Below are positions 12,626 to 22,912 of a DNA stretch of 55,310 bases, in pieces. A program made the position numbers and the translations under genes. The notes beneath the pieces are model-generated. The model searched no databases, was not told where the DNA came from, and saw only the letters and a list, made by a program, of their open reading frames with translations. Each line of letters starts with the position of its first letter. Positions within the stretch are counted from its first letter, which is position 1. The stretch is taken from NCBI GenBank assembly GCA_032718475.1, contig JAUCBJ010009079.1, positions 1 to 55,310 of the forward strand, given 5' to 3'. Origin of the DNA: Nemertoderma westbladi (taxonomy: Eukaryota > Animalia > Xenacoelomorpha).

Positions 12626-15600
12626 TTACTTTATTTTACTGTCAGGTTTAGTAGTAACTTTATAGTCCCCACTGATGTCTCGAAATTCCTCTAAAAGGAC
12701 TAAATGTTGTACCGGTGTCTTAACAGTGCGTTTGTCAATGGTCTTGACCGTAACAGTACGCACAACTCCTTTTTCATCTGGGTGAACACTAGATATTATA
12801 CCTGTGAGCCAATGTTTGCGCTTTACGTTAGTTTCTGCTAAAAGAACATAATCTCCTGGTATTAGGCACCGTCTAGTTTCATACCATTTACTGCGTGCGG
12901 AAATAGAGGGCAAATAATATTGTTTCCATAGTTCCCAGAACTTATTTGCTAGTAATTGTGTCAGTCTCCAAGTCTGCTTACTGTAGAGATCAGTTTTCTC
13001 TGGTATCGAAACTGGTAACAATGGTGACGGTGATTGCATGAGCAAGTGATTAGGCGTCAGTGCCATAACACTATCTGGGCCATCAGGTACTAATGTGATG
13101 GGTCTAGAGTTTAAAGTATGTTCAATCTCAGTCAAGAGTGTTACTAATTCGTCATCGGTTAAGGTTTTGTTGTAAGGAACGGTTTTTGTCATAGCAAGTT
13201 TAATGGATCGAATGAGTCGCTCCCAACAACCACCACTCCAAGGACTATCGGTGGTGTTAAAGTGCCAAGCAATACGCTGCGGTAGCAACTCTGAGGCAAT
13301 TCTATCATGATCAATTTCCTTAAATGCTTGAGTTATCTCATTGTCAGCTCCCACGAAATTGGTTCCGTTGTCGCTATATATCTCACGAACCAAACCTCGC
13401 CTAGCGATGAAACGTCGCAGAGCTAATATGAAAGCATCAGTGGACATGTCAGCTACACGTTCTATGTGTATCGCGCGACTTGCCATACATATAAAAATCA
13501 GCCCCCACCTCTTTATTGTGGTGCGATATCTCTTGGTTTCGATTGGTCCGAAACAATCTAATCCCGTATAAGTGAATGGTGGTTCATTTGTTTTCAATCT
13601 AGCCGATGGTAAATCACCCATTTCTTGCATTTCTAAACGGGTATTTAATTTCTTGCATATAATACAATCAGCCAAAACAGCTCTCAAAGCCTTACTAGGT
13701 TTAATTAATACAAAACGCTGGCGTATCTGAGCTAAGCAGTGCGCCCTACCTGCGTGTTTCAACATTAAATGTGCATCTCTTACCATGCCTCGTTGTAATT
13801 CGAAATAATTTGGCACAATAATAGGATATTTCATGTCTGTCTTAATGTCAGCTGCTTGAAGTCGTGATTTGTGACAAATCAGTCCACGATAAATTGTGGG
13901 ACTCCATTTTGTAATAAGTGATGACGTTACCTGTTTCCTATCTGTGATTAATTTATACTCACGTGAAAAACACCGTTGTTGATAATGTTGTAATAAAATA
14001 TATTCACTACGATCAATCTCTTCACGCAATAGTTTCTTACTTCCCGATTGTCGACATTGTAAAATCCAATCAGAATCTCTCCGTTTGGTTGGTCTGACTA
14101 TAAAACACCACAACCTTCGTATCCATGACAATTTTCGACACATATCCATCCATGATGAAGTCCTATCTATTAATCTGTCAAAATATTCCTCACGAAGTAA
14201 TTGTATCTTAGGATCAGGTGAAGGTGGTGTAGCAATGCTAGGTTGTAATAATTCTTGTTCCGTACTATCCTTTCCCTTTTGCCAATCACTAAATCCCGGT
14301 TTAATATGACTGGGCTGGTCTGGATTAACAACCTGTGAGTCTATCTCTAATAAAGTCATCCGCTCCATGGAGCCGTCTATCGATGTGTCCCCGGGCCGCT
14401 CCAATGGTTTATCTAAATTTTCTAATGAGGCACTAATAAGTGATGGAATATTACTTGAGGCCTTAGCCTTTGATTTAATAATCTTCTCAGTTTTCACTTC
14501 CGCATCACTAGGTAACTTACCGAACCTTGCATCGAATTGTTTAGGCCAGTGGTCATCCGATTTTCTAAGAAAATGTGGTCCATGCAACCAGAACTCACGT
14601 AAATTGGGTTCACAGAACTCATTTGGCATGGTTCCTCGAGATGCAATATCAGCCGGGTTTATGTCTCCCGGACAATGCCTCCAGTCTTCCCTAATGCATG
14701 AATCTAATATTTCAGCACGGCGATTTGCAATAAACGTTTTGAAACTTACCTCCTCTCTATTTACATAAATAAGAACTAAAGTGGAATCAGTCCAATATGT
14801 CACTCTGAAAGTAACATGCACCTCATGCTTAATAAGTTTTGCTACCGTAGCGCTAAGTACAGCAGCTTGTAATTCTGAACGTGGAGTGTTCATATATTTC
14901 AATGGTAATGTTTTTGCTCTAGAAGTTACAAATGCTGTTTCATATTCGTCTGTTGATACTTGTCTACGAAAATATGCTATCACACCAAGACCACTTTCAC
15001 TTGCGTCACTAAACATGTGGAGTTCTAATACAGTAGGAAATGCTGTCTGCAAGGGAAAATATATCCGTGGCATATCTATGGATTTTAAAATATGTAATTG
15101 ATTCTCCCACTCCTTCCACAGTACATATTGCTCTCTCGGAATTTCATCGTCCCACTCCAAATTTTCTTTCCAAATACTGCGCATATAAATACGAGCCTGT
15201 AAAATAACAGGACTTATAAAGTTTAAAGGATCGAATAGTTTACTCATAGTGGATAAGCAAACTCGCTTGGTAAGTGGCCTATCATCCGGCTCAAATTTAA
15301 CTTTTACCTGAAAACGATCACTATTTGGATCCCACCCTAACCCTAATACTTTGGTAACTGGTATGGGGTCAAATTCTTCTAATTCTACTTTACCGCTCCC
15401 ACGATCATCTATAGGAAACGAATTCATCAAAGCCTGTGAATTGGATGTAAACTTTGTCAGTCGAAAACCTCCTGTAGATAGGCAGGATTTAACTCCATGG
15501 GCAATCTCAATGGTTCGTTGTTCCGAATCACAAGATTTCAGTCCATCGTCCATATAGAAATTTTCTTTAATGGTTGATATAATTTCAGCGTCGAAATTTT

Positions 15601-18600
15601 TTGATTGACTGTCAGCAGTGAATTTTAGTACATATAATGTACCATTTGGACTATCTCTAGCTCCAAATACTCTTACCAACATTTTGTATGTTACAGGGTC
15701 TCCTGATAAATCCGGGTTTGGATACCACAAAAATCGCAAGCTATCTTGATCTTTCTCTAAAGCATGGACTTGGTGAAACATTGCTTCGATATCGCAGGTA
15801 AATGCGTACTTACTCTGACGAAACCTAAGCAAAATTCCTATTAAATAATTATTCAAATTTGGTCCATCCATAAGTTCGGAATTTAATGACATACCCCGGT
15901 AGACTTGGGCACAGTTATTCACAACCCTTACTTTTCCCGGTTTATCGGGATGTGTGACATAATGGTGTGGCAAATAATAAGTTTGATCACTAACCTGCTC
16001 TGGGTTTTCTACACGCACTGCATATCCCTTGTTCAGATAATTGTCGATCTGAAACCGATATTGAGTATGTATGATATCGTCCCTTAATAGTCGCAACCGG
16101 GTCGCTTGTAAGCGCTTGAGTGCGATATAATGATTATTTATCAACTTTGGGTGTTGCTGTCGCCACAACATTCCAACTTCAAAATGTCCATTAGGAAGCC
16201 GATTTATGGTGTTATCCATAATCTCTAAGCATCTCTTCTCATTGGCCGACATAGCAATGTCATAACTTCCAGGTTCAGCCGAATCCTGTTCTAGCCAATG
16301 TAACGTCCGGGCGTTCATTTCTAAATCTTGTTCTAGAAATTCCTGAGCTAAGTCAAGTTCGATGGTGCTAAAGTTATTCGGACACTTTATTTTGTCTAAT
16401 GCATCAACTCTTGTCTGAGCGGTAGAGTTGGCACAAAATACCCTCGCATCACTTAAAAAAGTAATAGCTGAGCATTGGTCAAACTTACCTGTGTCATTTG
16501 GACATTTATCAGCGCCATCTAGCGGATCTTGGAAATAATCTAAATCATCACAAGATATATTTTCATCGTCGGTGTTAAAGTCATCAGATTCGGTCTCTAA
16601 ATCAGAATCATCTGATTTGCTCCAACTAACCTGATCTGAAAATATACTTTCCGTTTCAAAATATCCGTCTGCTAACAAACATACTTCTGGTTTGCTAGGC
16701 ATATGATCGAAATTCTCAACTTCATCTTCTGTCCATTTTCTATCTAAAAAAGATCTCGGAGTCCGAGTGTACCACCCAATAATACTACGATTAGCATATG
16801 GTTGTCCAATACAATAAGGTTCTGGTCTAGTCTCCCACACCTTCTGAACATTGAATTGATCCATCCCAATTAACATCGCTACACTACGATAATTCACTTT
16901 GAACTCAGGTATTTGCAAAGCTCTAAAGTACTTACATTCATCCTTGTTCATTTCTGGTACAGGTCCTAATATTTCTGAAAAATCTTTAATTGCTAAGAAA
17001 TCTATATTTCTCAATGGTAGAATTCGTCTCTCTTCACTCGTATGCGATTCACGTGGCAATAAAGAATCTATAGTCAACTTTACTATCTTACCTGGTATAG
17101 TGCCTTGACCATGTAAGGAACCAAGATCTATATTAGTATCCCGAGCACAACGAAGGTCTGTAACTACACTAGCTACCTCTTCATCGACATAGCTGTGCGT
17201 TGAAGCAGTATCCAAAATTACGAATATTCGCTTGGAACCCTTCTCACCCTTCACTTCAATGGGGATCACGCTAAATAACGATGCTTGTGACACTGACATT
17301 AGTGTTTTACTAGCCATGCTATTAGTGGTAGTATCACACGAATCATAAACCGCTGCGATATCTGTCCCTGCCGCCCCTCTGCATATGTCTTCATCAGCTG
17401 ATGAATCAGATTGTTGATCGGAACTAACTATGCTGGTATATGAAGCACTATGTGATACATTTTGACTAGTATGCGATCTAGCTACATGATCAGGATGATC
17501 TTTAAGCCATTGTTTTGTCGGTGTGTGTTGTGCGGTATGCAATATACGGTGATGCAACCTACCACAATCTGGACAATACTTACTGGTAGCAGTAGAACAT
17601 TCCTTCCGCCGATGTCCATTTTGTAAGCATTTCCAACATGCATCCAAATTTCTAATAACTAACCGTCGTTTTTCCACATCAAGTTTTGAAAATGCACTAC
17701 ACGTGTACAGTCTATGATCTATATGTCTATTACCTTGTTGATAACAATATTGACACCCCCTAAAACCATCAGGAAGCTCCTGCTTTCTGAGCATAACTTC
17801 AACAGGCACAGAAAAGTTGTCTGGTCTGGACATGTTATTAATATTTCCAATTGAATTTAATGTTAATCCACTTCTATCAGTTTGAAAAGTTACTTTTGGT
17901 TTACTAACAGCGGATTTCTTGGCCAGATTTAATGTATCCTCCCTATAATTTGATCTAGTTTCTGCCAAAGCTTCAGTCTTTATTAACTCGTGTAGATTTT
18001 TCAATGTTAGCCCCTCACCCCGACCTTCTACTCGACTCTCTAATTTTCGCCATTTTTGTCGATGTCTAACACTGAGTCGTTCTAGTATACCTTTTAGTAC
18101 TTCTGTTCTATCACCATAGTTGGGTAATCCAATAATAGGTAATTCATCTAACGCATTTTTAATCTCATCAGAAAGTTTTAACAACTCCGCTGGAGTCGTT
18201 ATTAATGGACCCTTACTCAAGTCATCTACTATAGATTGAGCTAACTTGGTATTACTACCGTAAACTGAAACTAACCTCTCATATGCTGACTCAAAGGCTC
18301 TTGCGCTGCCATTGAAAACCTCTGCGAAATGTAGTGGTTCACCTTGCAATAATCGCAATAAATAGTAATATTTATCACGTGGCGGAAAATCCTTCTCAGC
18401 TATCTGTGTGTCTACATATTCTATGAACATTCTCCAATGTTTTATATTACCTGAGAAATATGGCGGTTTCTGAGTCGGTAAACTCTGTCTAGCTGCAAAT
18501 CTAGCGATCTCAGTAAGTACCTCTGCTTGTCCCATTGTCGGTTTACTACGTGGTGGTGTTCGAAAGAAACTGCCTCCTCCTTTAATCCCTGCCGTGGTAC

Positions 18601-20599
18601 AACTTGCAACTGATGGTACTACATCACTATCAGTATCGAATTGTTCCATTTTCGGTAATAAATATTCTGAAACATGAGTTTTAGTTCTGTTATGTAGAGG
18701 CAATACTTTTGAATCACAATCTTGAGCGTGATGTACAGTTTCCTTTAACTTCATTAATTCTGCTCGCATCTCTTCCACAGGTAGTGCGATTTCCTTCATC
18801 GCAGACTTTACCACTTCAGTCAGCGAATGGTCATGTTCTAGATTTGGTATTCTATGATTCCCCATATCTGAAAAGTAATCTCCATGTGAATAAGTATCCT
18901 CAGCTTTTACATGAACTTGTCCACGAGAATTGTCCATCTGTCTATTTTGTTTGTTGATTGAATGATGATATGGTACATCCCATCCTCGGCTGCTATCATC
19001 AGAAGAGTAATATCCCTTATTGAATTCTTGCTCAAATCTATCATGAGTTACAAATGATATTTGAGGTTTTTTATGACTAATATAACTCGGTGTAAACTCA
19101 GCTCTTGTGTTAATTACAACAGGTTTTTTAAGTTTATCTGAAGTAATTTCCTCTTTAATACGACTTACAGAAGGTTTACCTATAGGTTGTTCTACTCCAA
19201 TACTCGGAAAACGATCTTGGAACGATTTAACTAGTTGTTCTGAAGTTCTAATACTCGAAATATGATGTCTATTTACTGATGCTGCAGATGCCTCATTTAC
19301 TCTAACTAAAACAGCTTGAGCCTGGTCGAGCTGATATAACTTTTCTATATCGGCTTGTTGTTCTTGTAACTCGATTCGTTTACGTTCTAACCTGTCTATC
19401 TCCTGTTGGGCTTCTATATGTTCCAACCGACGACGATCTGTAACTTCAGCGGCTGTTTTTTCAGCTTCCAACCTAGCCCTTTGTTCATCGGCATCTGACT
19501 TTCTTTTCCGCTCTGCTGCTTCGGCGTCCCGTCGCATGCGTGTTAAACGCGCTTCATAGGCTATCTCTGCTTCACGTCGCTGCTGTTCAATTTCGATGTC
19601 ATCTTCCGCTAGTTTCTCAGCAATACGTGCATTTTCGTCGTCCTCGACAGCTCTCCTCGCAGAATCTGCTAGTGCCTTTTCATATACTATTCTGTTCTGC
19701 TCAACTATCGCAGCCTCTTCCCGTAAACTGTCTGCTTCCACGACGAGTCGCTGAGCCTCTTCCAACTTACGCTGTTTTTCGATGATTCTACTTCTTGTTC
19801 TACTAGCTGTACTTACCGATGTTGCACCACTTCGAATAATACTAGCTGTTCGTCTAGACCGACTTACCTGTGAGACTACACCATCTTGTTCCTCCTGGTC
19901 AGTCTCTATATTTGCTGTAATAGGTAATGAATGTCCAGGCAATAATACACCATGTCGCAATAAATAGCTAGTTAACTGAGTTATATAGTGATCGAATTCA
20001 TCTTCGATCTGTACCTCAGATATACGTATTCGTTCAATCTGTTCGTCAGACAGATAATCTGATCTAGGACCCTCACTTAAACGATCTCTTCTGAGTTGTC
20101 GAAACCGCTCCGCTAATTGAGTGTAATTAAATCTACTGCTAGCTAGTCTATCATACAACTGCGTTACAGTATCTGTCTCCCGCTGTTTACGAGCATGAAG
20201 CACTAACCTTTGTAGAGCTAATATCTGTGGTCTCACCACAAAATCTAGACTACTTTGAAGATTTAATAAATCATCACGACTTAGTAAAGTTCCTTCGCTG
20301 ATTAATGTTTTGCTTACCCTGTTTATTACTCTAGTTATAGCACCCATATGCCCTCCTGCACTTTTACTAATAGTAGGACCCTCAATACCTACGCTACCTA
20401 CATCTGAAGGTATCGAGTCTAGGTTTTCACTACTAGCAGTAATACTAGATTCTGGTATAATATAGTCAGGATTAGCCATCAAGTTAATGTCGGTCGACTG
20501 TTCTCCCCTATACCTCACATTGTCTGTCGGCGGTGGTTGTTCCTCCGCTGTGTCATAGCTGTCATTTATCCGTGGGTTGGTGTTCGAAGGAACACTCAT
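12626..20599 (-). CDS. Bel/Pao Gag-Pol polyprotein (first ATG at 20599; frame open to 20677)
   Basis: Three Cys/His knuckles (e.g. CWKCLQNGHRRKEC), protease ILDTAS, RT YMDD, RNase H FSDAS/TDS/NPADIASRG, integrase HHCC plus GLDCFG/SDNGTNF/WERLI; no stops. Confidence 0.96.
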   Translation of the reverse strand: MSVPSNTNPRINDSYDTAEEQPPPTDNVRYRGEQSTDINLMANPDYIIPESSITASSENLDSIPSDVGSVGIEGPTISKSAGGHMGAITRVINRVSKTLISEGTLLSRDDLLNLQSSLDFVVRPQILALQRLVLHARKQRETDTVTQLYDRLASSRFNYTQLAERFRQLRRDRLSEGPRSDYLSDEQIERIRISEVQIEDEFDHYITQLTSYLLRHGVLLPGHSLPITANIETDQEEQDGVVSQVSRSRRTASIIRSGATSVSTASRTRSRIIEKQRKLEEAQRLVVEADSLREEAAIVEQNRIVYEKALADSARRAVEDDENARIAEKLAEDDIEIEQQRREAEIAYEARLTRMRRDAEAAERKRKSDADEQRARLEAEKTAAEVTDRRRLEHIEAQQEIDRLERKRIELQEQQADIEKLYQLDQAQAVLVRVNEASAASVNRHHISSIRTSEQLVKSFQDRFPSIGVEQPIGKPSVSRIKEEITSDKLKKPVVINTRAEFTPSYISHKKPQISFVTHDRFEQEFNKGYYSSDDSSRGWDVPYHHSINKQNRQMDNSRGQVHVKAEDTYSHGDYFSDMGNHRIPNLEHDHSLTEVVKSAMKEIALPVEEMRAELMKLKETVHHAQDCDSKVLPLHNRTKTHVSEYLLPKMEQFDTDSDVVPSVASCTTAGIKGGGSFFRTPPRSKPTMGQAEVLTEIARFAARQSLPTQKPPYFSGNIKHWRMFIEYVDTQIAEKDFPPRDKYYYLLRLLQGEPLHFAEVFNGSARAFESAYERLVSVYGSNTKLAQSIVDDLSKGPLITTPAELLKLSDEIKNALDELPIIGLPNYGDRTEVLKGILERLSVRHRQKWRKLESRVEGRGEGLTLKNLHELIKTEALAETRSNYREDTLNLAKKSAVSKPKVTFQTDRSGLTLNSIGNINNMSRPDNFSVPVEVMLRKQELPDGFRGCQYCYQQGNRHIDHRLYTCSAFSKLDVEKRRLVIRNLDACWKCLQNGHRRKECSTATSKYCPDCGRLHHRILHTAQHTPTKQWLKDHPDHVARSHTSQNVSHSASYTSIVSSDQQSDSSADEDICRGAAGTDIAAVYDSCDTTTNSMASKTLMSVSQASLFSVIPIEVKGEKGSKRIFVILDTASTHSYVDEEVASVVTDLRCARDTNIDLGSLHGQGTIPGKIVKLTIDSLLPRESHTSEERRILPLRNIDFLAIKDFSEILGPVPEMNKDECKYFRALQIPEFKVNYRSVAMLIGMDQFNVQKVWETRPEPYCIGQPYANRSIIGWYTRTPRSFLDRKWTEDEVENFDHMPSKPEVCLLADGYFETESIFSDQVSWSKSDDSDLETESDDFNTDDENISCDDLDYFQDPLDGADKCPNDTGKFDQCSAITFLSDARVFCANSTAQTRVDALDKIKCPNNFSTIELDLAQEFLEQDLEMNARTLHWLEQDSAEPGSYDIAMSANEKRCLEIMDNTINRLPNGHFEVGMLWRQQHPKLINNHYIALKRLQATRLRLLRDDIIHTQYRFQIDNYLNKGYAVRVENPEQVSDQTYYLPHHYVTHPDKPGKVRVVNNCAQVYRGMSLNSELMDGPNLNNYLIGILLRFRQSKYAFTCDIEAMFHQVHALEKDQDSLRFLWYPNPDLSGDPVTYKMLVRVFGARDSPNGTLYVLKFTADSQSKNFDAEIISTIKENFYMDDGLKSCDSEQRTIEIAHGVKSCLSTGGFRLTKFTSNSQALMNSFPIDDRGSGKVELEEFDPIPVTKVLGLGWDPNSDRFQVKVKFEPDDRPLTKRVCLSTMSKLFDPLNFISPVILQARIYMRSIWKENLEWDDEIPREQYVLWKEWENQLHILKSIDMPRIYFPLQTAFPTVLELHMFSDASESGLGVIAYFRRQVSTDEYETAFVTSRAKTLPLKYMNTPRSELQAAVLSATVAKLIKHEVHVTFRVTYWTDSTLVLIYVNREEVSFKTFIANRRAEILDSCIREDWRHCPGDINPADIASRGTMPNEFCEPNLREFWLHGPHFLRKSDDHWPKQFDARFGKLPSDAEVKTEKIIKSKAKASSNIPSLISASLENLDKPLERPGDTSIDGSMERMTLLEIDSQVVNPDQPSHIKPGFSDWQKGKDSTEQELLQPSIATPPSPDPKIQLLREEYFDRLIDRTSSWMDMCRKLSWIRRLWCFIVRPTKRRDSDWILQCRQSGSKKLLREEIDRSEYILLQHYQQRCFSREYKLITDRKQVTSSLITKWSPTIYRGLICHKSRLQAADIKTDMKYPIIVPNYFELQRGMVRDAHLMLKHAGRAHCLAQIRQRFVLIKPSKALRAVLADCIICKKLNTRLEMQEMGDLPSARLKTNEPPFTYTGLDCFGPIETKRYRTTIKRWGLIFICMASRAIHIERVADMSTDAFILALRRFIARRGLVREIYSDNGTNFVGADNEITQAFKEIDHDRIASELLPQRIAWHFNTTDSPWSGGCWERLIRSIKLAMTKTVPYNKTLTDDELVTLLTEIEHTLNSRPITLVPDGPDSVMALTPNHLLMQSPSPLLPVSIPEKTDLYSKQTWRLTQLLANKFWELWKQYYLPSISARSKWYETRRCLIPGDYVLLAETNVKRKHWLTGIISSVHPDEKGVVRTVTVKTIDKRTVKTPVQHLVLLEEFRDISGDYKVTTKPDSKIK

Positions 20600-21283
20600 G
20601 TCAGAATTTCTATGGTCTGTCGGTAAATCGACCTTTCGGTCAGAGTTTATTCCAAAAATAAATAAATAATGAAACAAACTTTTCTGTATATAACAGCTTA
20701 TAATATGTAGGCCTATATACTAATTTATTTAAATAATATATTTAAATGTTATTTAAAAATATCTCAAAACTATACAGCACACACAAGCACAAACACGTTA
20801 ACACTGCGCCACAACAAATGGAAAGGAAAGATGTCAAATTTCAAAATCAGTATTACAAAAAAATACAACTGAATGATCAGCCGAAAAAGAATCGTTAGTC
20901 TCATAGATACAACAACATCAACAACGCAACTAACCCTTAGAGAAACGTTTAGTCCACACCGCGTGCCAATCTTCGGGAAAGCGTCGGAATCTAAAAACGT
21001 AAAACCTAGACTTCCTGACAAAATGCACCAAACTAGCAGACGTCCACGGATCTCAGAATCAGATGGATGATCTCCTGATGTACCTATAAGGCGAATAGAA
21101 ACTTTAGACGACTGGCTGGATTTTTAAACGTGCAATTATCTTAAATGATTAATATCAAATTGAAGCAAAATTTAATTGGAATTAAATAAGACAAAATATA
21201 TAAATCTAAATATACTAGAACACTTTCCTTCTAGAGACAATAAAAAACAAACGATTAATAAATTTAACAAATTATATCGTTAC

Positions 21284-22912
21284 TGTTGTGTTCTCCAGCA
21301 AAACAATTCACTGTTTTTTATATTATCTCAAATAAACAACCCCGCGGGCAAAACTGGTTCTCGAAGAGTTGCCGAGACTAAATTAAGAACGCTGCTATCG
21401 CAGGTATGGAATGGGTTCTTATGGTGGGTGCTCCGGGTCCACCTAATCGTTTGTTATTTACTGTTTGCTAATGCCAATTTTATTCCAGTATCTAGTAGAA
21501 TAGTATTCTAAATTTCGGGCGAAAATAATTTTATATAATTTCGAAGTGCAACTTTTGTATCTTGAGTGATAATAGGGAACTTTATATCCGACAATTGTCG
21601 ATAATACGTAAAATAGAATAAAATCAAACATAGTTGGCTAAATAACTGCATTTATCCAAATAAATAACAGTCTAATTTCCGTTAAACAATATATCGAAGG
21701 AAAGTAATAAATTAAACTTACCGCTGTCAATCGTCTAAATAAATAAGATAAAGAGTATGAAACAAATTAAGTTTTTCTGAACTCTCTAGCGCTTATTCTT
21801 ACAATATTTTAGCAGTATCAAGTATAACTTTAACTTATCTAATACTTTATTTGCAGCAAAATATCTAAACAAAGTAATATTTCTGCAACAATTTTATTTC
21901 ATTAAAATTTTATATTGTATTATATTCTATTCTAGTAACGATATAAAGGAGCAACCCGGCCTATTTAGGGTAGTTTCTAATCACGAAGCGCCTATAAATC
22001 TAATGCACTTCCCTATAATAGCCATAGCGGTCCTCTACTCCAGCAATTATACAAGGTCACTTCGCTACTCTGTGTTGTGTTTCGGTCAAGATACAAAGTT
22101 ACAACTATTGTTACTTATCTTTCCATTCGTCGTAACGCAACGCCATCCCGTGTCTGTACTTGGCTGTCCGATTTATTTCTCCATATCTCGATATTCCAAA
22201 TCGATGACCCAAGAGAATGAAAACGCAATGGAGTTTAATCTACTAAATTCTAATTATAATGTAGCTCAATGCATTTTAAGTTTTAAATCTAAGTTAACCG
22301 GTAAAGGTGGCTCATCCGTTGGTAAAAGTGGGCAAAATTATTATGGAGCAATCCATACAAATAGTTAACAGGCGATGATTCACAAATCCTACAATTGGCC
22401 AATGAAATCACCGCGGATGAATATTCAACTGTAGTACGTCTTAAATAAGTAGTTAATGAAAATTATACACCGATTTAATTTGACAATATGATCCCAATGC
22501 ACAATTTTTACTTAACACGAAAAAAGAGAATATATAATTAAAATTTAATAATTAACAATAAATAACATAACAGCCCCATTGAAATACATTAATAATTTTA
22601 TCAGCAAAAGTCTTGAAAATCATAAGCAACCTGTCAATCCTAAGAGAAACACAAATAAATCATTGTACATAAGACGTGTGTTAGATTCTGCCACAAGCAT
22701 CTTTATATAAATCAAAGGCGGTAAATAAAATCCCCTGGTGGTCTGACATTTAGTGCGATATTATTTTCATAGACTAGAGAATGAATGTATGGTAGAATAG
22801 ACATACCGGAACTGGCTAGATCTACAAACCTTTCAATGGTGGATTAAATTCGAAATTACGAAATTATTTTGTATACTTATAAAATAACGCAATGTACCTA
22901 AAGTCGAATACA
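21284..22912 (-). repeat. 5' LTR of BEL-A (1629 bp)
   Basis: Direct repeat of 8543-10257 with TG...CA ends; abuts the 35-bp satellite. Confidence 0.9.

Larger units (their letters stand above)
8543..22912 (-). mobile_element. Full-length Bel/Pao LTR retrotransposon (BEL-A)
   Basis: Near-identical direct repeats at 8543-10257 and 21284-22912 with TGT...ACA ends, flanking one gag-pol ORF in PR-RT-RH-IN order. Confidence 0.95.

Noticed and set aside
13341-19967. Short + strand ORFs opposite gag-pol
   Set aside because: Antisense shadows with no recognisable motifs.
20798-21035. tRNA-type PBS candidates TGGCGCAGT (~20810) and TGGTGCATT (~21030) on the minus strand
   Set aside because: Only about 9-nt matches and 250-470 bp from the LTR end; a PBS must abut the LTR.
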